A stretch of 64,000 nucleotides of DNA from Macrostomum lignano (lineage: Eukaryota). The notes below the pieces were generated by a model. The model searched no databases and was not told the DNA's origin. It saw only the letters and a list, made by a program, of their open reading frames with translations. Below are positions 1 to 11,760 of this stretch, piece by piece. Location: assembly GCA_002269645.1 (NCBI GenBank), contig NIVC01000404.1:124001-188000 (forward strand). The letters are read 5' to 3'. The translations under genes and the position numbers were made by a program. The first letter of the stretch is position 1, and each line of letters opens with the position of its first letter.

Positions 1-906
1 GAGACTCTATGCCACTAGGATATGGAGACTCTATGCCACTAGGATATGGAGACTATTATGCCACTAGAATATGGAGACTCTATGCCACTAGAATATGGAG
101 ACTCTATGCCACTAGAATATGGAGACTCTATGCCACTAGAATATGGAGACTCTATGCCACTAGAATATGGAGACTCTATGCCACTAGAATATGGAGACTC
201 TATGCCACTAGGATATGGAGACTCTATGCCACTAGGATATGGAGACTCTATGCCACTAGAATATGGAGACTCTATGCCACTAGAATATGGAGACTCTATG
301 CCACTAGAATATGGAGACTCTATGCCACTAGAATATGGAGACTCTATGCCACTAGGATATGGAGACTCTATGCCACTAGGATATGGAGACTATTATGCCA
401 CTAGAATATGGAGACTCTATGCCACTAGAATATGGAGACTCTATGCCACTAGAATATGGAGACTCTATGCCACTAGAATATGGAGACTATTATGCCACTA
501 GAATATGGAGACTCTATGCCACTAGAATATGGAGACTCTATGCCACTAGAATATGGAGACTCTATGCCACTAGAATATGGAGACTCTATGCCACTAGAAT
601 ATGGAGACTCTATGCCACTAGAATATGGAGACTATTATGCCACTAGAATTTGGAGACTATGCCACTAGAATATGGAGACTCTATGCCACTAGAATATGGA
701 GACTCTATGCCACTAGAATATGGAGACTCTATGCCACTAGAATATGGAGACTCTATGCCACTAGAATATGGAGACTATATGCCACTAGAATATGGAGACT
801 CTATGCCACTAGAATATGGAGACTATTATGCCACTAGAATATGGAGACTATGCCACTAGAATATGGAGACTATTATGCCACTAGAATATGGAGACTCTAT
901 GCCACA
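1..906. repeat. 24-bp tandem minisatellite (GAGACTCTATGCCACTAGAATATG), runs off the window start
   Basis: Directly visible periodicity with occasional 23/25-bp variants. The overlapping MPLEYGDS/YATRIWRL ORFs are artefacts of the repeat. Confidence 0.97.
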
Positions 907-2042
907 TGCCATTAGAACGAATCCTAGAGTTAATATCTATGCAAATTATAGGAAAACGGAAGTAATAAAACCATAAAAGCGCTAAAATTCAAACACGATA
1001 CTCGAGCAGACACGGGACCAAGAGATTTAGTCAACCTGGTAAATCCAGGCTATTTATTTTTGCATTCCGTAATGCTTGTAATTGTAAAGATAATATAGAA
1101 ATATAATAATAAAAAGAACTCAATAAAAATAAACAAGCGCATTTTTGACTACTTAAAATAGGAATTACCGGATAATCGACACTATTATTTGTGGGAAGAA
1201 ATGTGAGAATAATAATTCAATATTTATTAAAAAACAATATTTTTGCAATTTAAAATATGATACTCGACATGGGGCAAAAGTTATATTCAGGCACTGAAAG
1301 CATTTTTATTATTTAATACAAAACGCTGACAAACGTTTGCAGGAATGAAAGTTTTGGCTTTTGCACAAGTTAGATTACAACTATTAATTAAGAAAATGTA
1401 TTATTTCAAATGACTGGTTTATTGCTAGTACTGGTACTGCTACTAATAGGAAATGCCGAACAATCTAAAAAAATAATTTAAACTGTTCATTACTTAATAA
1501 AGAACAAAGTGGAAGCTAAAAAGTATATTTGTTTTACTATATTGATTTTATAAAACGAAAAAAATAAAAATACTTTTAAACTTGGATTTTTTAAAACTGC
1601 AAATGGTATTAGATACAGTTATTAAAATCTTGCCTAGTTACCAACAGAAAAATCAACTACAACTTCATCAGCCTTGAAACATAAAAGTCAAGAAATCGAA
1701 GATTACTAGTGACGTTTTTTTAAATAGGAAAAAAATAGAACTTCACTTAGAACTTCGTATATGATAATTTAGCAAGAAGTGGAGCTTACTTATTTAGTGG
1801 GCCTAATTAGTGACCATTAAGTGGACTGTATACAAGCTTATAAAATCAGTCTAGTCAGTCTATACAATGGATTGAATGCTTCAAGGCTAAACGTTGTTTG
1901 TCACGGCGAGACAGTCTATGGTAAAAACCTTGTTGGCGTTCCATAAACCCTTAATGTTACGGTCTTAACGTCCTTTTGACTTAATAAATAGCAAACTGTA
2001 TATTTGTGCGTAGCCAAGCTACTCATAGTAGCAATCGCAAAT

Positions 2043-2390
2043 TCAACAACCAGACGAAGTAGATCCGCAATCGTTAGACTCCTGATGAGACGAGGTCGAG
2101 TCTTCAGACGATTCGCTCAACAACAGACGCTGACAAAGCCAGCGTACGGAGCGATTTAACAGCAACTGCTGATGCAGAGAACCGTGCACCCGGCGCATAG
2201 TGATTCGAAATCTACCAGGCAGAGACACGCCAGCAATTTGGGCTTTGTGCACCGATAGGGCGGCTAGGGAACAGGCGTCGTGACAGCCGTTGGGGCAGTT
2301 TGGCCATAGACTATTGCTCACTAGGCTGGTGGCTGGGTCACCACTCTTACTAGAAGCAGACGCACCATTTTTAACGGATGAAGAGTCCAT
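2043..2390 (-). CDS. Small single-exon protein (115 aa), IER/SERTA-like helical domain preceded by a CxxGCHDxC motif; paralogue A
   Basis: Gapless 55-aa alignment (22 identities) to the ORF at 4251-4874. The segment LSVHK...GSLHQQLLLNRSVR resembles the IER/SERTA S-x-x-K...L-H-x-x-L-L-x-N pattern. Family assignment is by eye. Confidence 0.65.
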   Translation of the reverse strand: MDSSSVKNGASASSKSGDPATSLVSNSLWPNCPNGCHDACSLAALSVHKAQIAGVSLPGRFRITMRRVHGSLHQQLLLNRSVRWLCQRLLLSESSEDSTSSHQESNDCGSTSSGC

Positions 2391-2553
2391 GTTGAACTTT
2401 TAATTAATGTGATCAGAAATTTATTTTTTGGAAAATATTTTGTGTATATGTATTTAATAATAGTTTATTCACATAAAACACAAATATCTAATAATCTAAT
2501 ACTGTAAATTACAAACAACATAAATGTTCTGGCCTTCTTTACCATTCGAAAGG

Positions 2554-3305
2554 CTGACTCCATTGACCCCTCTCAGAACTGACTCCATTAACCCCTCTCA
2601 GAACTGACTCCATTGACTCCTCTCAGAACTGACTCCATTGACCCCTCTCAGAACTGACTCCATTGACCCCTCTCAGAACTGACTCCATTGACCCCTCTTA
2701 GAACTAACCCCATTGACCCCTCTCAGAACTGACTCCATTGACCCCTCTCAGAACTGACTCCATTGACCCCTCTTAGAACTGACTCCATTGACCCCTCTCA
2801 GAACTGACTCCATTGACCCCTCTCAGAAATGACTCCATTGACCCCTCTCAGAACTGACTCCATTGACCCCTCTCAGAACTGACCCCATTGACCCCTCTCA
2901 GAACTGACTCCATTGACCCCTCTTAGAACTGACTCCATTGACCCCTCGGCCCTCTTAGAACTGACTCCATTGACCCCTCTCAGAACTGACTCCATTGACC
3001 CCTCGGCCCTCTTAGAACTGACTCCATTGACCCCTCTTAGAACTGAATCCATTGACCCCTCGGCCCTCTTAGAACTGACTCCATTGACCCCTCGGCCCTC
3101 TTAGAACTGACTCCATTGACCCCTCGGCTTTCTTAGAACTGACTCCATTCACACCTTTGTAAAACTGGCCCTTTGAACTCCTTCTTAGAACTGACCACCT
3201 AATACCTCTTAGAACTGAACCATTGACCCCCCTTAAAACTGACCCCTTGACCTCCCTCTTAAAACTGACTCCTTGACCTCCCTCTTAAAACTGACTCCTT
3301 GACCT
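2554..3305. repeat. 25-bp tandem minisatellite (CAGAACTGACTCCATTGACCCCTCT), with longer variants at the 3' end
   Basis: Visible periodicity; lies between the two paralogous small genes. Confidence 0.95.
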
Positions 3306-3579
3306 CCGTTTTATGCTACTAGGACTAAATATTGATCTGTAATGTAAAAAATAAAAAAAAATTAAAACTCAACAGCAAATGTTAAAATTCATACAGACAA
3401 AATCTTTTTACAGCGCATTTTTTATTTATGAATATTGATTACAATCCAATACAAAAAATTTGACAGTTAAACTACTACAAGTTAATGCTGTAGTTAGCAG
3501 AAAACTTTAAAATACAATAAGAATTATATTGAAAGCATGATTTGCATAACCAAACACAAGCTGACACATTGGGTTAACC

Positions 3580-4103
3580 CAGGGGTCGGCAAAAGGGGGG
3601 CCGTAGCCCAGCGGTAGCGCAGCTGCTCTGGTGTGCCAGCGACCCAGGCTCGATTCCAAGTGCAGTCACATTAATTTGGGGCTGAATTGGAATCTCGGCT
3701 TGGCTCTGCTCGTGCAATTAACGGCCTTGAGAGCCAACCGCCCAAGGCGCAGTGAAGTGTACATGCCTAACGATAAAATAAAGTTAGGGCCGCTGTACAC
3801 TCCTGTGTGAGTGTGTGCCTGCGTACGTATCCGCGCGCTTGTGTGCCTGCTCAGGGGAGTCGGCGGAATGGGCAGTAATGCCTCTCGCCGGTTGTGTGCC
3901 TATTTCGCTTAAAGTGCGCCAGGGTGCACACAACCCCCCTGCCTCTAATAAAAAAGGCAAACTTTTTTACCTCGAGGACCAGGGGAGAGGGGAGAGGAGA
4001 TGAAATTGAGAAGAGAGCTGAGAAGAGACAAACCTTGAACGGATTGCTATTATGAAGTTTCAAAGGACCCCCGAGTGTCGGATAGAGAGTTTGCCGACCC
4101 CTG
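3580..4103. mobile_element. Non-autonomous hAT-type MITE (~524 bp)
   Basis: Perfect 14-bp TIR CAGGGGTCGGCAAA (3580-3593) / TTTGCCGACCCCTG (4090-4103). Flanking 8-mers GGTTAACC / GGTTAAAT match at 6/8. CAG termini and 8-bp TSDs are typical of hAT. Confidence 0.8.
3596..3822 (+). mobile_element. tRNA-derived SINE, nested inside the hAT MITE
   Basis: Pol III A-box TAGCCCAGCGG and B-box-like GGCTCGATTCC. The body is homologous to the minus-strand copy at 51767-51985 and the fragment at 18866-18901. Ends in GTGTGTGCCTGC. Confidence 0.8.
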
Positions 4104-4250
4104 GGTTAAATGATCAATTAAAAGCCAAATATCGTATGATGCATAAAATCAAGATTTACAAGTCAATGGTTATACTCAAAGACAAAAGAAATGTGCAGAC
4201 ACCCAACTATTAACACATCGTCATTAAAATAGGGCAATTGTTTACATTAG

Positions 4251-4874
4251 TCAGATTTCCCTCCCGCCAACCAGCTCCCTCAGTTGACGCTGGCGCAGAC
4301 GCTGACGCAATCGTTGAAGCCGCCTACGTCGAGTTCTTCCCAATTTGTTGTTGCCACCGGCTCTCTTCTTCATGTTCTTCTTCTCCTCCAAAGACGATGG
4401 CGAAGATGCTGGGGTCAGTCGGACCGGCTGGTAATTCTCAGTCACCAATACTAGGGAGTTTAAGCGTCGATGCTGAAATTTGCTGTTACCATGGTTACTG
4501 TTATCAGTATGATTATTTTTGTCATTAGACAGGCAAATCTTCTTAGTTTCAATTGAGCATTCGCTTTCATAAGTGTCACTGCGAGACTGGGCCTCCTCAA
4601 CAGGACGCTTCCTACTGACATCTTCATCGGCTAATCCAGCCTCCTTAGTCATGATGTCGCACAGCCGCCGGAGGCAATTATTAACCAGCATGCGGTCCAG
4701 AAACGGCCTGGCCTCGCGTCGCATTTGCGGACGAAATCGGCCACGGATTGGTTTGTCAAATTTCTGCAATTTAGTCATGGAGGTTAATAGCAGGTCGCAC
4801 ACATCGTGACAGCCTAAGTCGCAGGTTTTGTAGGCAAACTTGCCAGCCTTCATCGAGTCTGAAGAGAGACACAT
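4251..4874 (-). CDS. Small protein (207 aa), IER/SERTA-like domain with CxxGCHDxC motif and basic C-terminal tail; paralogue B
   Basis: LLTSMTKLQK...FLDRMLVNNCLRRL resembles the SERTA/IER pattern. Aligns without gaps to 2043-2390. The ATG is directly preceded by a TTTCAG acceptor. Confidence 0.7.
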   Translation of the reverse strand: MCLSSDSMKAGKFAYKTCDLGCHDVCDLLLTSMTKLQKFDKPIRGRFRPQMRREARPFLDRMLVNNCLRRLCDIMTKEAGLADEDVSRKRPVEEAQSRSDTYESECSIETKKICLSNDKNNHTDNSNHGNSKFQHRRLNSLVLVTENYQPVRLTPASSPSSLEEKKNMKKRAGGNNKLGRTRRRRLQRLRQRLRQRQLRELVGGREI

Positions 4875-5381
4875 CTGAAATATGGAATTAAAAAAACGAG
4901 GGTGTGTGTGTTAGAAGCGAAACAGTTTTCGAAATAAAAGTCATAATTATTGGTTTTGTCACGTGGCCCGAATTTTTCGACGAAACGAATTTCGAATTAA
5001 CGATCCAACAGCATTGCAACCAGTTAGCTGTCTGCAAAAATATGAGCAGCTGTTTCGGGGTGGCGCGGGTAAAATTGAGAAAAAAATTGTAAATAAACAA
5101 TCTAAAATATCCTAACTAAACTATAACTATCCTAGTTGTCAATCATTGAATAATTATTGCAGAATAATTTTGTTTTCAATATATTAAAAACATTTTCAAA
5201 CCTGTCGCTTCGTTTAATAAATAACTCGATGAGCAACAGACACAGGTGAGGTAGAGGCGATTTCTCTACAAAATAGAAACAAAAAATAATAACAATTTCG
5301 TGGTAGTAGATTAACAAAAAAGCATTCTAAGAAATGAAGCCTAAACGATATTTTTTCAAGATGAATAGGACTAAAGTTGCC

Positions 5382-6177
5382 TCAGCACCAAGAGGCGCCA
5401 GCACCAAGAGGCGCCAGCACAAAGAGGCGCCAGCACCAAGGGGCGCCAGCACCAAGGGGCGCCAGCACCAAGAGGCGCCAGCACCAAGGGGCGCCAGCAC
5501 CAAGGGGCGCCAGCATCAAAGGGGCGCCAGCACCAAGAGGCGCCAGCACCAAGAGGCGCCAGCACCAAGTGGCGCCAGCACCAAGGGGCGCCAGCACCAA
5601 GGGGCGCCAGCACCAAGGGGCGCCAGCACCAAGTGGCGCCAGCATCAAAGGGGCGCCAGCACCAAGAGGCGCCAGCACCAAGTGGCGCCAGCACCAAGGG
5701 GCGCCAGCACCAAGAGGCGCCAGCACCAAGGGGCGCCAGCACCAAGGGGCGCCAGCATCAAAGGGGCGCCAGCACCAAGAGGCGCCAGCACCAAGAGGCG
5801 CCAGCACCAAGTGGCGCCAGCACCAAGAGGCGCCAGCACCAAGAGGCGCCAGCACCAAGGGGCGCCAGCACCAAGAGGCGCCAGCACCAAGGGGCGCCAG
5901 CACCAAGAGGCGCCAGCACCAAGGGGCGCCAGCACCAAGAGGCGCCAGCACCAAGGGGCGCCAGCACCAAGGGGCGCCAGCATCAAAGGGGCGCCAGCAC
6001 CAAGAGGCGCCAGCACCAAGAGGCGCCAGCACCAAGTGGCGCCAGCACCAAGAGGCGCCAGCACCAAGGGGCGCCAGCACCAAGAGGCGCCAGCACCAAG
6101 TGGCGCCAGCACCAAGTGGCGCCAGCACCAAGAGGCGCCAGCACCAAGGGGCGCCAGCATCAAAGGGGCGCCAGCAC
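5382..6177. repeat. 16-bp GC-rich tandem minisatellite (GCGCCAGCACCAAGAG)
   Basis: Visible periodicity; all six frames are open as a consequence. Confidence 0.97.
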
Positions 6178-7471
6178 TAACGTCCAGGCTTCATTTAAAA
6201 GAATGTTTTGTTTTTTTGTTCTACTAAACATTTCGTGGAAAATAACCTGACAGTTGATCAACCGTCTCCTCAGAGATGACGCAGCTTAGGCCCGGCTCCA
6301 ATCGACCGGTTTTGCAGATTGCAACTTTTGACGAGACAAAAGTAACGACAAAGGAAAGGGTGGGTAGGATGATGTCAAATATGATGTCAAACAACTATAG
6401 ACAACAGCCTAACTATTTCTAAATAAAAAAACGTTTGGGAAAAATGAAAACACACTGTAAGAGACGCGAGTCGTCTCCATTGAAAAAAAGGCAGCACACC
6501 GCTGCTCTTAGATAGCATATTTATTAGGTTGAGTAGGCAGGCATAAGCCACCATGTGTAATTCAAATTAAGAACAAAATTGCCTCTCTTCAAAGGCTACA
6601 AAAGACTGATTTACAGGAAAACCCACCTGATTGGAGCTTTTGTCTCGTCTAAGCCCAGCTGATAACCTACAATTATATAATTTCTGAGCAGACCATTTCC
6701 AACACACAGAGCACCTGAGATAGAATAACTGATGAGGAATGTGAATGTTTACGAATACTAAAAATTTCATACGTATTATATTAATTACAAATACAAACAT
6801 TCACCCAGATTCATCCAAATTTGCAAGCACCTCGTTCCGCCGCAACCGCCGACTGCAATGCAATGAAATGCAAATCAAATAGAGAAAGTTTTTTTATTTT
6901 TTACTACATACATACTACTATAAATAGTGAAAAGGCCAGACATTAGAGTTTGTCGTTTCACGACCGAGGAAGCACTCTGCTTCGCAGGCCAAATAAATTA
7001 GACAACAGTTGAGTCATCAGTTGGCAGTCGCATTTCAAGTTTGTTGCATAAATTATTAATAAAATAAAGAAACCTAAAAATAGAATGAGAATTAATAAAC
7101 TAATAAATACTATGTATAGATTATTAAAACAATTTGGGAGTTATAAAAACTTAAAATCTTTGCAAAACTTAAGACGTCATAATTATCGAAAATTTTAAGT
7201 TTATTTTAATTTTATAATAGTCTTAACCATAATCTATGCATCTATCTAACACAGTCTAAAAGAGAAAAATAAATACTAAATAGTAGTCAATATTAGTTTA
7301 GATTATTTTGCAAGTGTATTTTTGTTCAGTAGGAAATGTTGAATCGAATCACAAAAAACTTGGACGGAGAACAACGAAGTTTCAAAACAGAAATAGTTAA
7401 AAATTTATGCTCAAAAGACGCTACTAACGCTGTTAGTAGTATAAAAACAAGTAGTCAACAGTTGCAGAAAA

Positions 7472-7867
7472 TCATTTCTGCATTTGAAAATGATCAATAA
7501 AATCGTTCTGCTCCTTAGCCGTAGCCTCCAACGAGCGAAGCTGTTTCTGCAGCCGATCTAAGCTAGCCTGCTTCTCCAATATCTGAGCCTGCAACTGCTG
7601 CACCTGCTCCTGACGCTGGGTGCTCACGCATTTCAATTGGTTCAGCGCACCAATGCGTATCATTTTCTCTTTTTCAACTTCAGTAGCAGCAACATCCACA
7701 GCCTGTAGCAGGTTGGACACTAAGCGTTGAAAGTCTTCAACAGTGATGGTAAACTGGCCACATTTGTCTTTGAGATCAGTAGACTCAGTTGACACTTCTG
7801 GTTCGATAATGTGCAGTGTGTTTAATTCATCAATATTTAAACCAAGCTTTGCTAGAATATCGTCCAT
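7472..7867 (-). CDS. IFT20: Intraflagellar transport protein 20 (131 aa, intronless CDS)
   Basis: MDDILAKLGLNIDELNTLHIIEPEV...EVEKEKMIRIGALNQLK...QLQAQILEK...EQNDFIDHFQMQK is collinear with human IFT20 (GLHFDELNKLRVLDPEV...EAENEKMKAIGARNLLK...EQNEFIDQFIFQK). The second ATG (7867) gives the canonical length. Confidence 0.96.
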   Translation of the reverse strand: MDDILAKLGLNIDELNTLHIIEPEVSTESTDLKDKCGQFTITVEDFQRLVSNLLQAVDVAATEVEKEKMIRIGALNQLKCVSTQRQEQVQQLQAQILEKQASLDRLQKQLRSLEATAKEQNDFIDHFQMQK

Positions 7868-10800
7868 GACTTTTCTTTCGATGCTGTCTTTTATTTCTCT
7901 CTCATGCATTGTTTTAATCAGTATAAATTAGGTTCTATTATATAATACATTAATACAATATATAGCCTTACAATCCAACTGGGGCTATTTCTACAGATTT
8001 TAGATCATATTTCTATGCATATATGTGTGTATATCAAGTATCTTAAAGTTGTTAAACATTAAATGGCTTACTTTATCAAATTCCCATGCACATAGACTAT
8101 CAAAATATGCAAATTAATTTCTATATAAGAGAAATCAAATGTTTGAAAATATAAGTTATATTGATATACATTAATAAATAGTTGTTTTATGACTGTTTTA
8201 TAAAATTTGTTTAAAAAGTGCTTTATATATCATGTAAGTCTTTCTTACTTTAAAAATTTTGTTGTTTCTAGATGCTTTAGTTTTTTATAAATATTAAGTT
8301 CTTTATTTATTTATTTCTTTTTCAAACCTTTTCTTATTAGGTTTTGATATTTGCCTTTTGACCCATTTTATTTTACAAAACTTTTAGTTTGACTATGCTA
8401 ATAATATTATCCTATAATAGAAACAGGTTTTGGCTAAGCTGGTAATATTGCAAGACTTACTTTTATATAGATAATAGAGAAAAAAGCAAAAACATACTTA
8501 GGACAAATATTAGTTAAGTATAAATAATTATATAGAAAACATGCAAAAAAACTTTTTGGGCAAAATGAACATAAAACATAATGAATGAATAAAATGCATT
8601 ACAAGACATGAAATTATAAAAAAGAACAGAAATTTTATAACTTTAATTATTGACAATTTATGTAACAACCAAATATCAAGATACAGAGATATCTAAATAA
8701 TATATAGTACAATATAATATATGTGTTAGATCATATTGAAGGCTGAAGCCAAGGTCTAAATTATGCTAGATTCTCTTTTTCATATGCCAGACTGCATCTA
8801 CATTGCCAGGGGCTAATCTGCATTAGAACTGTCTACAATAATAGCCATTAGGCACATAGCCAGGATCTACATCAATGGGGGGACAGAGGCATCAATATCT
8901 CTGATGTTAGAGATAGAAGCAAAATATAAAAGCAGTAAAAAATTTCAGCTCTAAGGGGGACATATCCATAGTGACCCCATAGCTATGTCCTTAATGGCCA
9001 TTGGTTGCAATAAGGGTGCTAGACAGATGGCTAATATGGCTAATAAGAATATAGACTTATTCTTATTTATTAATTTACTTACTTACTTATTTACTTACTT
9101 ATTGATTATTAATTGTTTTTTAATAAGTTCAAATTGTTCAAAACACAAAAAGTAAGCTAATAAGTTAATATTAAATAGTTTTTCATTAAAAAATAATGCT
9201 AAAAGTAAGATTTTTATTTGAAAATTGTTGAAATAAAATTTGTTAGAAATTTGTCTAAATATAACTTAAACAATTGGCTTAAACTTTGTCATTCTATGAC
9301 CTCAAATCTAGGTTTATTCACCGATCTCAGGTTATTTTTGTTTTAAGGTTTTTTAAGTTTTTTTCTAGGTTGCAGACACCTTACACTAATATAGTAAGAT
9401 ATTAAAATCAATTAAGACATAAGTAAAATGCCTGTAATCAATTAGTATTATTAATTTAAGTAAACAAACAACAAAATAACTATTTGTTTAACATTAATTA
9501 AATGAATAAAGAAATGGCCATTTATATAGTTACTAGGCCTAATAATTCAATTAATAACACCATATCTAGAATCTAAATGATATATATGTATGCCAGAATT
9601 TTCTGGTATATAGAGGGATCTATTAGTAAAAACACCATTGGTATACAAATTGGCATATAGAAGAGCATATCTCTTGGTACATAGCTTAGTGTATAGAGAT
9701 TGCCAAGACAACAAATAGGACTAAAGTTCTAAGTCCCAATTAATGTATATAGTTAATGTAAAAAATTCTTAAGTTCAGTTTGGCAATCTCCGCCAGACTC
9801 TGGAAGGTTACATGTACACAAGAATTTCCGGCATACAAATGACCCCTTTCAAAGTCGGTGTATAAATTTTGGTGTACAAACAAAGTCTTACCACTTTTGG
9901 CATATAAACAAAGTCTTGCCATTTTTGGCATACAAACAAAGTCTTGCCATTTTTGGTGTATAAATTTTGGCCTACAAACTTATGCTATGTGACTTGTGCA
10001 TGAAAATTTTAACATAAATTACATAATTTATATTAAAAAATTCCAAGAACTATTTCAAAATGAGTTTAACTTTTTTAAAATGCTTTTTTGACCCGAATGA
10101 CCTTTTTAGAAATTTTGGCATACATAGTAGGAGAATTGTTACCCCTTTTTGGTGTAGGACTAAGATTGTCACACACCGAGACTGCCACACTTGGGGGAGC
10201 TAAGGGAGAAATTTGACTCAATGTGCTATTAGATGGTGCTAGAGAGAAGATGAGTAAGTAGGAGAGCCAGCAGGACAAGGCTGCAAGAAAAGAACCTATG
10301 AGAGGAATAACAATGCTAGAAGATTAGTAGCTTGTAGTAGTCTTTGTGTGTGGCAGTCTTAGTCATGTATCCCCTTGTTGATGTACACTGGCATACATTT
10401 AGATGAGCTAGGATTCTTGTTCTGGCATATACTACTATACAATCCAGACCCTAAAGTCTCTTTATATACCACAGTCAGGAAGGTGGCCTTTTTCATCGAA
10501 AATTCCAGCTAAATTTTGATAAAAAAGAATAGTTTTTAATCCTTTCTACTTAATAATAGAAAACTAAATAAAAAAATTGTTTCATTTTTCTAGAAAGTTA
10601 AAAGTTAAAGTTAAACAAAAATAGTTTAAAAAATAGTTCCTGATGCTTTAGTAAAAAATTAAACTGTTTTTTTCTAATCATTTTTTAAATTTTGAAACTT
10701 TGTAAACCTTTAATATTATATAGGTCATAGTTTATAAATTATTTTTTGTATACTCTTATTTTTGTATGCAATAAAAGTCTATTCAGATAATTCAGAGTGG

Positions 10801-11249
10801 GAAACCAAAGGATTCAGGATTGCAAAAATGTGAAACATGTCATTGTTAGGGCTTATCTAAAAGATTGTCACCCGAATATCTTGTCATAGAAATTTCTAGG
10901 CACTATATAATGTACATTGACATTACACATTCATTGTCCTTGTCAATGTCATTTTCAACATTGTCATTGTCAAACAATATCATTGAAAGTTATTACACTT
11001 TAAACTGAAAGTAAATGTGATAACTTTACAATCACATTTAGTACTATCACATTTTATAATCAAATTATGCTATTGATGGAGGATCATGGAATGGAGCCAT
11101 TCTTAGTTCCCACTCATTTCCATTAGGCATAGGCCTACCCTATATGGCTAAAAAACTTTACAGTCTTTAACTGTTTATACAAGAACAAATACAAAGTAAA
11201 TCATAGGCCGCCTAGTCTCATCTCATCATCTCACAAAAGTCACAATGGG

Positions 11250-11760
11250 TTTAATTCAAATCGTGTTCATGTATGAAGGAAGAGATATAAATTATGCACT
11301 AAATTTAAACATTTACCGAATTCAAACGATTTGACAACAATATCTTAGACTACCATATGTCCTATCTGCATTTTTCAGTCACTTTAACTTTAACGAACTT
11401 AGACTTAGAGTTAACAAACAACGTATGAAAGAATTTTCTCGAAAATACAAGGTTTACGCAATTCAAATTTTACATTTCATATTATACAAAGCTTTTAAAA
11501 AACTGTCTAATTTCAAATACGTTTTTTGTTATTTGTTTTTATATTTAAGTAAAAAAAATTAACTAACAAAATATGCTTTAAACTATTTTGTGTTTGTTAT
11601 ATTCTTTTAAATTCAAAAGCATAGCAACAGTTTAATTTCGACAACATGTGCAACATTTTGATTCGTCATTTTCAAGTGCTTCTGGATACGGAAGGCACAG
11701 GCAGTCAGGACAATTGTGTTCGGTTCTTTGCAAATGTTGCAACATTATGTCGAAATTATC
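11250..11760. promoter_or_regulatory. CpG-retaining patch between head-to-head IFT20 and RO60; candidate shared promoter
   Basis: A dozen or more CpGs in ~500 bp, flanked on both sides by nearly CpG-free DNA. Contains a CATAGCAAC X-box half-site and an imperfect inverted repeat (11634-11757). Promoter function is inferred. Confidence 0.35.

Noticed and set aside
1-906. Long ORFs over tandem arrays here and at 5334-6250, 15139-16226, 16849-17694, 20448-21088, 49649-50680, 55583-56313 and 60282-61736
   Set aside because: They are open in several frames and on both strands only because the repeat units lack stops; there is no domain or splice support.
3596-3665. A tRNA gene
   Set aside because: A and B boxes are present, but there is no convincing cloverleaf, and the sequence continues into a body shared with dispersed copies, so it is a SINE head.
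10075-10480. GC-richer patch with a 67-aa ORF between IFT20 and RO60
   Set aside because: No recognisable homology; probably a decayed repeat.
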